Of a stretch of 64,000 nucleotides of DNA, positions 53,861 through 64,000 are shown in pieces; within the stretch, counting starts at the first letter, position 1, and each line of letters opens with the position of its first letter. Made by a program: the position numbers and the translations under genes. Below the pieces are notes generated by a model. The model did no database searches. It saw nothing but the letters and a program-made list of their open reading frames with translations, and was not told the origin of the DNA. Source of the stretch: Felis catus (lineage: Eukaryota); contig NC_058368.1 in assembly GCF_018350175.1 (NCBI RefSeq), positions 189,846,001 through 189,910,000 of the forward strand, read 5' to 3'.

Positions 53861-55545
53861 AAGAAGCGTTCCATTGCACCTTTTGTACTGCACACGGTTG
53901 TCAGATTTTCTCCTCCGTCATGCAGCAAGTCACTTTCACGAAGTGAGATTTTGTAAAAATTTTCTTTCTGACCAAGTTTGAAGGTTTAGTTGTGATTTTT
54001 TTTCTTTCTAAATAGCATTTATTAACTTGCAGAAAATGTGGGATATACCGGAAAATATAAGAAAATACTTCCCATTTCCCCTCTCCCTTCAAAGCATTGT
54101 GAATGGTTTCTTCCAGTCACTTTTCTCTTTGTATTTGTATTTGTACACAGGGAACACACAAAATTGTAATCATACACCTATGCGATTTTTGTATTTTCCA
54201 CTTAAACCTTGAGCATTTTCCAATGTCATCAAATATTCCAAAGGGTGATTTTAAAAAGAAAAATAGGATTTTATTCTGACACACGGGCCTACTAAATTAA
54301 TTTACTCAACTTTTGCACGAAGACCCAACCTTTAATTTCTTTTTGCTGGTAGATAATAGTAACATTAAACCCTAATATTTTTTATGATGCTTTATGATTT
54401 ATAAAGCTCTTTTGAATTCAGTACTTATTTTTTTATCCTCAAGAAAAATTTTCAAATAATATAAAAGAATATATGATGAAGTCTCTCACTGACTCCTAAC
54501 TCTATACTTCAGACAATGGCTGTTGCTAGTTACTTGTATATCCATCCAGGAGTAGATAGAAACATATATCTACATCTGTATCTAAATCTCTCAAACTGTT
54601 TGAAGGCAACATGAAGAAAGGAAGGATGTGAATGTCATGAATTTATGCCCTGGCTCTGCCACATAGTGACTATGTGACCTAACATAAGTTACTTTTTTTC
54701 TCAGATTTCCCCTTTGTTAAGTGAAGAAACCAATTCTTCCCTTGCTACCTCTAAAGTTACTGTGTGAGCATTAGAGAACATGATGGGTAGCATTTGTGGT
54801 ATGGATGTACAGACACACTGGTATAATAATATTCCAAGGTGATGTTAATTTGCAACCAAGATCAGGAAGCACTTAGAGGAACAGGTTAAAACACACCAGG
54901 AGGAAATAGACAAATTCACAATGTAGAATCTTATATAAGATTACTGACCTGACTTCTTAAAAATATAAATTTCATGAAGAATAAAAAAAAGAAAAAATGA
55001 AAGGAAGGAAGGATGGGAAAAGGTAGGACACTGTTTCAGAATGAAACGGATTTAAGAAACATAAAAACAAAACACAATGTGAAAATCTGGAATGTATACT
55101 GGCCTGAAAAATATTAAAGGTAGTTCTAAATCCACTGGGAAAACATGCAGTTAAAAACAGCTCTAGATTTCAGTGGTTTACAAACAAACATTTATTTCTT
55201 GCTCAAGTCACTCAGGTTTCTGGCTTGGCTACTGCTATGCTCCAGGCAGATGTTCTGATTTATGTGTCTTCTTATTCCAAAACTCAGTCAATGATTCAAA
55301 AGGCTTTTGCACCATAGGGGAACATCTTGCTGTTCACATTATGTTTGCTAAAGCAGCATAACAACAGAGTCAAGTGCAAAGATTGCAGGGCAGGGATGTA
55401 TTATCTTCCCACAGGGAACGGAAAAGTGAATAATTTTGAACAATAATGCAATCTACTGCAACTGTTCATTAGTTGATATTAGGGAATTATTGTTAATTTT
55501 AGTGGCACAATAATGGTAGTGTGCTTAGGCAGGAGAATAACTTTA

Positions 55546-55988
55546 TTTTTAGTTTTTAAATTTATTTTTAAAATTTACATCCAAGTTAATTAGCATATAG
55601 TGCAACCATGATTTCAGGAGTAGATTCCTTAATGCCCCTTACCCATTTAGTCCATCCCCCCCTCCCAAAACCCCTCCAGCAACCCTCAGTTTGTTCTCCA
55701 TATTTATGAGTCTCTTCTGTTTTGTCCCTCTCCCTGTTTTTATATTATTTATGCTTCCTTTCCCTTATGTTCATCTGTTTTGTATCTTAAAGTCCTCATA
55801 TGAGTGAACTCATATGGTATTTGTCTTTCTCTGACAGACTAATTTCACTTAGCATAATACCCTCTAGTTCTATCCACATAGTTGCAAATGGCAAGATTTC
55901 ATTCTTTTTGATGGCTGAGTAATACTCCATTGTATATATATATATACATGTGTGTGTGTGCCTGTATATATATGTATGTGTGTGTGTG

Positions 55989-56033
<45 letters not shown>

Positions 56034-56254
56034 ATATATACATATATATATATATACCACATCTTCTTTATCCATTCATCCATCGATGGACATTTGGGCT
56101 CTTTCCATACGTTGACTATTGTTGATAGCACTGTTATAAACATTGGGGTGCATGTGTCCCTTTGAAACAGCATACCTGTATCCCTTGGATAAATACCTAG
56201 TAGTGCAGTTGCTGGGTCGTAGGGTAGTTCTATTTTTAATTTTTTGAGGAACCA
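55546..56254 (-). mobile_element. 5'-truncated carnivore L1 with an internal (TA)/(TG) microsatellite
   Basis: Perfect 17-bp TSD GCAGGAGAATAACTTTA at 55529 and 56255; ORF2 C-terminus ([30 protein letters not shown]). Confidence 0.92.
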
Positions 56255-56379
56255 GCAGGAGAATAACTTTAATCTTAGAGGATACCTGAAGAAAAAGTGG
56301 CAAAATATTAACATTTACTGAATCTAGGTGTAGTCATATGGGTATTTATTATATTATTTTTTCTATTTTTCTACATATT

Positions 56380-56665
56380 ATGCATTGTGTCACCCAAAAA
56401 GATATGTTGAAGTACTAACCCAAGATACAGTGATGTAACTTTATTTGGAAATAGGGTCTTTGCAGATATAATCAATTAGGATGAGGTCACTAGGGTGGGG
56501 CCTTAATCCAATATGACTAGTGCCCATATGAAAAGAGAAAACAGAGGCACACAGAGGAAGACCACCAAGTAGAGAAGAAGCCAGAGATTTGAGTGATGCA
56601 TCTATAAGCCAAGGAAGGCAAAGGATTGCCAGCCATCATCAGAAGCTAGAAGAGAGGCGTGGAAA
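56380..56665 (+). mobile_element. MLT1-type MaLR LTR fragment
   Basis: GATATGTTGAAGTACTAACCC...TTATTTGGAAATAGGGTCTTTGCAGAT...CCTTAATCCAATATGACT...AAGCCAAGGAA..CAGAAGCTAG. Confidence 0.8.
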
Positions 56666-56777
56666 TGGGTGCCATCATTATTCCCATTTTAAAGATGTGG
56701 AAATTGAGTAGAGAGAGGTCCAGTAATTTGCCTAAGGTCACAGATCCAACAGGTGGTGATGCAAGAATTCCAAACCA

Positions 56778-56890
56778 GGGGTGCCTGACTGGCTCAGTTG
56801 GAGGGCATGCAACTCTTGATCATGAGGTTATGAGTTCAAATCCCACATTGGGCAAAAAGTGCGCGCGCACACACACACACACACACACAC
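56778..56890 (+). mobile_element. Short CanSINE with a (CA)n tail, inserted in a MIR
   Basis: TSD AAGAATTC(C)AAACCA. Confidence 0.75.
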
Positions 56891-57189
56891 AAAGAATTCA
56901 AACCAAGCATTTTAACTACAAAGCCCATGCTCTTAGCTACTCCTCAGTATTATCTCCCCTTCTCTCTCTGTCTTCATTCACCAGCGTTACAATAGTTACT
57001 GCCTGTGTCAACCCGGCAGAAATCAACCAATTCAGTACTTCACTGAGTCTTCAAATCAAAAGGTACATGAATCATCCAATCCCTTAATTCTCAAACATAA
57101 TTTATTCATATACAGCCTTTGTGAATTTTGTCATTTCCATATATTACCTTAGTTAGAAATATTTTTCTTTATGCCAATTCTCTTCATTT

Positions 57190-58070
57190 TAAATCTTTTT
57201 ATTGGAAATGAACATACACATGCAAAAGTACACAAAACATGATGTAACCAGTACTCAGTCAAGAAAGAGAACATTGTCAGTTGCCAGGAATCCATATCAA
57301 TTATTATTACCTCTCTTTTCCAGAGCTAATGGCCTTCTTAACATCTATAACTTTTTTATGTTCATTTTTTAAAGTTATCTCTCTGCCCAACACGAGGCTC
57401 AAATTCACAATCCCAAGATGAAGAGTTGCATGCTCTACTGACAGGAAGCCAGGCACCACAGTTATGTTTGTTTTTGGACATTACATAAATGAAATCTTGC
57501 AGTAAATATTCTTTGGCATCTGGTCTCTTTGGATCAACATTATGTTTGGAAGATTCAACCGAGTTGCAGAGTGTAACTGTAGTTCATTTATCTTCATTCT
57601 TCCATAGTATCCGATTGTATAACTATACCAGTTTATCCACGGTATTATTGAGTAGATATTTAGATTGCTTCCATTTTGGGAGTGATTATGAAAAACACTA
57701 CTCTGAACATTCTTGTACATGTCTTTTTGTGTACACATGCCTGAATTGGGTATATACCTAAGACTAGAATTTCTGTGTCATGGAGAATGCACCTGTTCAC
57801 TTTTGGTAGATAATGTCATACTTTTTCCAAAGTGTTTTTACCAATTTCCATTTCTCCAAAGAGTATGTGACTTGCTCCATATCCTCACCAACACTTGATA
57901 TTGTTAGTTTTCAAAAAGATTATGCTGCATCATTCTAACTTATATGTAGTAGATCTTTCAAGGAGTATATTTCCATGATGATTAACAATGTTTAACATTT
58001 TTTCTTACACTTATTGGCCACCTGGATATCCTTTATTGTGAAGTATGTGTTCAAGTCTTTTGCACAGTTT
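57190..58070 (-). mobile_element. Old L1 fragment with a short SINE insert (about 57365-57458)
   Basis: Degenerate reverse-complement L1 3' motifs (CATATCCTCACCAACACTTGATATTG). Confidence 0.65.
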
Positions 58071-58100
58071 TTCACTCACTATTTAATACTTCAATTAAGT

Positions 58101-58148
58101 ATTTGAAAGAGAAATTATTTGAAAGAGAAATTATCTGAAAGAGAAATT
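58101..58148. repeat. 16-bp tandem repeat x3
   Basis: AT(T/C)TGAAAGAGAAATT three times. Confidence 0.85.
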
Positions 58149-59027
58149 CTGTCATTACCATAAATGGAAAATTAGCATCACATGTCAACAATAGAGGGTG
58201 ACAATATATTAAGATAAATGCAATTCCAGGATAATGCTCATGCTTTGTGGTAGGATTTTTTGTTTTCTTTTTCATTTTGCCAACAACGAAAAGGAAGCGC
58301 TGAACATTACCAGACATTCTCAAAGTCATTCACGAAGCTAGTTGCAAAACTTGATTTGATTCAGAGTTCCCTTTCCCTTCCAATAACTGATAAAAACCTG
58401 GAGAAGAAGGGACAGGTCAAAAGCCATAACAACTCTCCTGAGGTCTCCCCCAGGTTTATCAGTTAACACCAGGGACCATTCATTAAATATCTACTCTATG
58501 CCAGGTCCTATGGTCATATATTAGCCACATTGCTTTGGCTATCTGATTTATTCTGCACAGTTGTTCATTGAGGGTGGGTTTTCCAGTGTTGGTGTGTGGC
58601 TTCTACCCTTGATAGCTGGAGCTCCGCCATTATATCTATGTTCCAAGAAGGAAGAAGGACAAACGGGAAGATAGCAAAGCTCACACCTCCAAACCAAATC
58701 ACGTCTCTTTATCAGGTTTTTACTAAAGCTGCACAACTTCTGCGTATATATTTTGAGCCTTCCTCATCTGCAGTGGAGCCTGGGAAATGTAGTTCTTTTA
58801 GCTGGGCACTTGGCCATCTCCAATAATATAGGATCTTTCTTTCTTTTCAAAAAAGAAGGGAGAATGCTATTGCACGGACAACTGGAAGTTTCTGCCACAA
58901 AAGCCACTAGGGGTTATAAAGGGGTAGCCTAACAGGCCCTGCACCCTGAACTCTAACTCCCAGCCTGCTCCCCCTACCTCCCTCAGCCACTTTATATATA
59001 AAAAAAAAAAAAAAAAAAAAAAAAAAT

Positions 59028-59128
59028 CAGGGCACCTCAGTGACTCGGTTCAGTGTCTGGATCTTGATTTTGGCTCAGGTCATGATCTCAGAGTTGTGGG
59101 ATCCAGCCTCACATCTGGAGTCTCAGGT
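59028..59128 (+). mobile_element. CanSINE 5' half, truncated by the purine tract
   Basis: GGGCACCTCAGTGACTCGG...GGCTCAGGTCATGATCTCAGAGTTGTGGGATC. Confidence 0.7.
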
Positions 59129-59130
59129 CT

Positions 59131-59427
59131 GGGAGAGGAGTGGGTGGGGGGGTAGTGGGGGGAAGAGGGAGGAGGGGGAGGAGGGGAAGGAGGAAGAAGA
59201 GGAAAAGGAAAATGAGGGAGGAGGAGGAAAAAAAGAAGGAGGAGGAGGATGAGAAGAAGAAGAGAAAGAGGAAGAGGAGGAGAGGAAAGAGAGGGCAAGG
59301 GGGAGGGGGCAAGCAGGAGGAGGAAGAGATGGGTGAGGAGGGGAGAAGGAGAGGAAGAGGAAGAGGAAGAAGGAGGTGGAGAAGAGAAAAAAGGAGAAGG
59401 AGAAGGCAGAGAAAGAAAAAAAAAGAG
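59131..59427. repeat. Polypurine (GGA/GAA-rich) low-complexity tract
   Basis: About 290 nt, almost all A and G on the + strand. Confidence 0.9.
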
Positions 59428-59467
59428 ACAGATGATTGGTTGGAAATTCCAGGGGAGATGTTACATT

Positions 59468-59579
59468 CTTCCCTCCCCATACTTCCCTCCACCACCTGCC
59501 TTGAGTTCCCCCACTTCCCATCCCCAGAATAGGTGGGGGAACTCGAAGCAGGTGGTGGAGGGAAGTATGGGGAGGGAAG
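59468..59579. repeat. Inverted repeat, 49-bp arms, 14-nt loop
   Basis: 59468-59516 versus the reverse complement of 59531-59579: 46/49 identical. Confidence 0.92.
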
Positions 59580-60399
59580 TTGGGGGAGGCTTCAAAGGCA
59601 GGCAAGAAAGGAGTACTAGTTCCTTACTTACCAGCTGGGGACCTGAAGAATTTTCCTGGTGCTATCACTGTAGCAGGATATCAGGAGAGTTACTTGGAGG
59701 TCCTGATAAGTATCCCTCTCTTGCTCCCCTTGAGTTTTGGGTATATGTGAATGTAGAGACCAGTGACTACACCATATTTGGAGGTTTCTGGAGCAGACTA
59801 GGCCAGTGTATGAGAAGGATCAGCAATGAGGTATGCCTGAAAAAATGACAGAGATACCTCACTGCAGTCCCCCTCAGCCTTTGTGCGTGTGTGGGGGGGT
59901 CATCATCATCACTGGTTCCATAAGAAGCAGCTCAGAGGTTGGGGTAAGGGGGGGACAGGAACTGGGAATTGCCTTGAGCCCAATGGGCAAGTAAAAGTCA
60001 TCCCTCCTATAGAGGGTCTGAAGAAAGAGAGAGCTGGAAGGGCCAAGAGGAGATATGTGTTCCTCTCTAAGGATCCTTGGAAGATCATCCTGGTGCTAAA
60101 AATGGCCGCAGGATAACCATGCACCATGCCAATGTAGGAAGAGAGAAGACTTCCCACCACAAGGTGGAAGGTCAACTATGTAAAAAGGCCTCTGCTTTGC
60201 CTACACCCCAACCCAGCCCTCAAAGGGAATTAAATTTTGAAAAGAGGAGGGTGATGCAGAGGATCTCAGAACAAGATTGTGGCTCCCACCTCCATTCCAG
60301 GTTGTTGGAGTGGGACCAGAATGAAAGAGCAGGGTCTTCCACTCTAAGCCCCTTGAGTAAGAAGCATGGCCTGTACTGGGGGTGGGGTGGTGGGGGCAC

Positions 60400-60677
60400 T
60401 TGTCACAAAAAGACAAATACTGTATGCTTCTGGAAACTCAGTGAGGTATGTAGTCAAATTCATACAGAAAATAGAATGATTGTTGCTAGGGAATAAAGGG
60501 AGTAGGGTAAAGGGAGTTATTGTTTAATGGATAAAGGATTTCAATTTTGTAAGATGAAAAGAGTTTGGAGATTGGTTGCACAACAGTGTGAATGTATTTA
60601 ACACTACTGAGATGTACACTTAAAATGTTAAGGTGGTAAATTTTATGTTATGCATATTTTGCCACAATTAAAAAAAC
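60400..60677 (+). mobile_element. Old L1 3' end
   Basis: CACAAAAAGACAAATACTGTATG...GTAGTCAAATTCATA...GGTAAATTTTATGTTATG...CACAATTAAAAAAA. Confidence 0.8.
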
Positions 60678-62125
60678 CTAAAATCCTGCACACAACAGAT
60701 ATTTGTAACCTAACTGGACAATGATTTCTATTTTTAAAAATTTCTATTACTTAGAAGATCAGTTATCACTGAAGCTGACGAAATAAAAATAATTGCCTTT
60801 GGTGTGGAAGTCATATTCCAATTTTTCTTCCCTAATGCTGACTCATTTCATTTGTACTAAGAGCTACATTATGTAAATGAAATTCAGGGTGGAAGGGGGT
60901 AAGAAGAAGGAATAATTTGTCTCTAAAGTCTCCTTTTCTGTTCTAAACCACTCTAATCAAATTTCTGGCTGGGAGTAATGTATACACTTCCAGGAATAGA
61001 CTGCCTAGCTCTATCATGGTTTTGAGGCAGATAAAAATACCACTACATACCAGGATTTACATGGGTGTAAAGTTTAGAACTATTATTCTAGAATAAATTC
61101 ATGATTACCAGGGCCTTGAAATTGCTATAATATATTTGCTCTGTATTTTGATATGTAGCTTACATAGGTCAGAGTGAATGGATTTTATTTTAAATAGTCA
61201 TCAATTATGTCTTTAAATGGACATGTTTTGTCAACTACCTCGTCTTTCTCTACTTAGTAGAAGTTCCGGAAGTCGTGAGGATCTGGTCACTGGAGGGCTT
61301 AGAAAAAGACATTAGGAAAACAGAAAGGGGGAATTAGATGTATGTTTCCTAGTCCACTTGACCTTGTTACCACTTAATCCCACAAATTTACTCATTCATT
61401 AAACTAGTATTTCTTAATTTCCTACCATGTACCATGTTCACTGGGATGCAACAGCAAACAATACAGCTATGGTGCCTACACAATGGAGTTCACGGCAAGC
61501 TGAGGAAGACAGACCTTAAACAAAGAGTTTCACAAGTAACTGTTGGACTACATTGTGTTCAGTGTTGTGAAACACGTTGCAGGCCCTGCCCTGACTGGGC
61601 AGCTGAGCATGGTCCATGAAGTTTTATCTGAGGAAGCAATATTTAAATTATGACCTGAATAATGAGATAAAAAGACAGCTTGCTTCATATGTTCCTGGAA
61701 TTGTGGAATTGTTGAATTTAATGTTGAATAAACATTTTGCCAAAAGATTTTGCTTGTATAACATTTTGGAAAAGAATCCAGAGTAATATGAGTTTCCATA
61801 CCATGGATCAGCCATTTAAAAAACACATATTGGGCACCTAAAATGTGTAAGGGCACTGGGCAAGGTACTGACTGGGAGGATATAATAAATAACAACAATA
61901 ACAACAACAATAGTAATTTAAAAAAATGCTTTCTAAGTGTAAGAAACTTAAGAGTCTCCAAACCATAGTCTCATACATTATCCTATTTTTTCCCTTTCAG
62001 TGAGTCTGTGGAAGGCAGAACAATAATTCTCTCCATAAGAAAGGAAACCAACTTTGTGGGAACTGTTTAAATGATTTGCCCAATGTCTCATGGCTTCCAG
62101 AACCAGGATTAGAACCCAGTCCTTC

Positions 62126-62371
62126 TTTTAGAAAAAAAAAAATTTAATGTTTACTTATTTTTGAGAGAGAGAGAATACAAGCAGGGGAGGGGCAGAGAAA
62201 GAGGGAGACACAGATCTGAAGCAGGGTCCAGGCTCTGAGCTGTCAGCACAGAGCCTGATGTGGGGCTCGAACCCACAAACTGTGAGATCATGACCTGAGC
62301 TGAAGTCAGACACTTAACTGACTGAGCCACCCAGGTGCCCCCTTAACTGACTGAGCCACCCAGGCGACCCC
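62126..62371 (-). mobile_element. CanSINE with a duplicated 5' end
   Basis: TSD TAGAAC(C/T)CAGTCCTTC at 62110 and 62372. Confidence 0.9.
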
Positions 62372-64000
62372 TAGAACTCAGTCCTTCCAATGCCAAGTCT
62401 AAGTATTTTCCACTCTACCACCTTGCTTTGCTATGTTTTAAAGGAACAAACTAGATAGCTGTTGTTTTTGCCTGCCCAGCATCCCTCTTTCTGTCTTATG
62501 GCAATGGCATCCCAACTGTCTTTCCCCCACCAGACCATTTGGTTTATGTGGAGAATACCCTATCTGACATTTGTTCCAGGGTAAGCACATGGTCAAGACC
62601 ACGCTAGTGTCTCAGTGTGAGTTAGAAAAAGGCCCCCTCTCCTGCAGACATAGTTGTGCACCGGGCAGAGGTTTGGTAAGTGTTCTCCACACTGGATTTA
62701 AACCTCTGCTTGTCCTCTCTGTAGTGACCAACCTGCACAAATATGATGACCTCACCAATAACTGAGACCTTCCCAGTAAGGTTCAAAGATGTGCACCTAA
62801 CCTAAGCCAGGTCATTGAGACAGTCTGACATTCTGCTAGAATGACTACGAAAATCAGATTCTCTTCCTATTAGAAATGCTATACTGGTGATCACATTGCC
62901 TTCAAGACAAAAGAGGCTGCCCATTGATTAGGCCTATACAAAAGGAAAAAATCTGAAAAATACAGAAAACAACTTCTGATGACATTGAGTTGAGCATTGC
63001 GCTTAGAGCCAGTGCTCAGAGTGCTGCTCCTAGACCCTTACAAGTTCCTGGAGAGCAGGGACCTTGCTTAATATTTTTCAAAGCTGTATCCTCTGTGCCT
63101 GGAATAGTGCCTGGCACATAAGAAGCAATCAATAAATAACTGCTGAAAGATTAAGCCAGTAAGTTCCTTTTTTGTATATGAACTTGGGTTTTTAGAAGCC
63201 TCAATTCATTGGGGGGTGTAAATAAATAACTTCTTTTTTCCCAATAACCGCTCTCTCACCTTCTCCTTTATTCATGGTTAGCAATTCCCTTAAAGAATCT
63301 TGGCCAGATCCCATACTTCCCAGTAGGTGAAATGTATTAATGTTGGTATTAAAACATTGGTCAAGAGCACTGTGCTCCTCCAAATGCAGGCCAACTCTCT
63401 CCCTCTCAGTCCTATTCTTCTATCAACTCAGTGCGAAGAGGTGATTATAGCAGGCCTGGTTCTGGCTTCTTTAGCAAGCCCTTCAGGGAGGTAGCTAGCT
63501 TAGTAGGGGCTTATGAAACTTAGAGGTGGGCTACTTCACACTTAATGTTCTCAGCTTTGGGCCTTTGGTATAATTTAAGAACAACAGGAAAAATCACACC
63601 CAACATCTTATTTAGCAGTTTGAGTTGGATCAAAAGCAATTCACATAGGTGAGATGAACTTGAAAGAGAATAGGATGACCTTTGGATAAATTCAGGAGTA
63701 TGAGTAATACATGCAAGGTAGACTGAGGTACGTGAGGAGACTGACAAAGAGATGGAACGTACGGAGTGGAAAACAAACTATAAGAGACAACATCAGACTT
63801 GAGGATATCAGGCACGAGGTAAGGACTTTAGCCTTGCTCTATCTAACAGTGTTTTAGGAAAATTAATCTGGCTATGGCATGAAGGGTACATGAAAGGAAA
63901 AAAAAAAAAAACCCAGGGGAAGCTAGGCCAACAGAGAATCTATTTTAACACTTCAGATATGCAGTGCTGACTAAAAGGAAGACAGGGATGAAGAAACAGA

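Noticed and set aside
55796..56314. 172-aa ORF
   Set aside because: L1 ORF2 C-terminal remnant with a microsatellite; not a host gene
58101..58148. CRISPR-like or functional repeat array
   Set aside because: Simple tandem 16-mer without spacers, in eukaryotic DNA
59040..59848. Long Arg/Glu-rich and Ser/Leu/Pro-rich ORFs
   Set aside because: Translations of the low-complexity purine tract

Overview
Mammalian genomic DNA, almost certainly from a felid (dense tRNA-derived CanSINEs of the SINEC_Fc type). The gene order matches the human 5q33.3 block. The window holds the last two coding exons and 3'UTR of CLINT1 (+). It also holds the complete LSM11 gene (-, 4 coding exons, 445+140+84+411 nt = 359 aa) and the complete THG1L gene (-, 6 coding exons, 191+177+170+89+108+162 nt = 298 aa). 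All introns are GT-AG and phase-consistent. The remainder is intergenic or intronic DNA with about 20 CanSINEs, L1/L2/MIR fragments, an MLT1 LTR, hAT DNA transposons and microsatellites. I found no evidence of a new multi-gene system. The most unusual structures are: (1) a 49-bp-arm near-perfect hairpin beside a ~290-bp polypurine tract at 59.1-59.6 kb; (2) an unidentified TSD-flanked, polyadenylated retrocopy nested in an old L1 at 16.45-16.77 kb; (3) a CanSINE carrying an apparent 27-nt 3' transduction that ends in a Pol III terminator; (4) two SINEs inserted at one nick site (triple TSD), which with an opposite-strand SINE bracket LSM11 exon 2; (5) promoter motifs inside the THG1L N-terminal extension coding sequence and intron 1. 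Repeat family names and boundaries are by-eye recognition and approximate.
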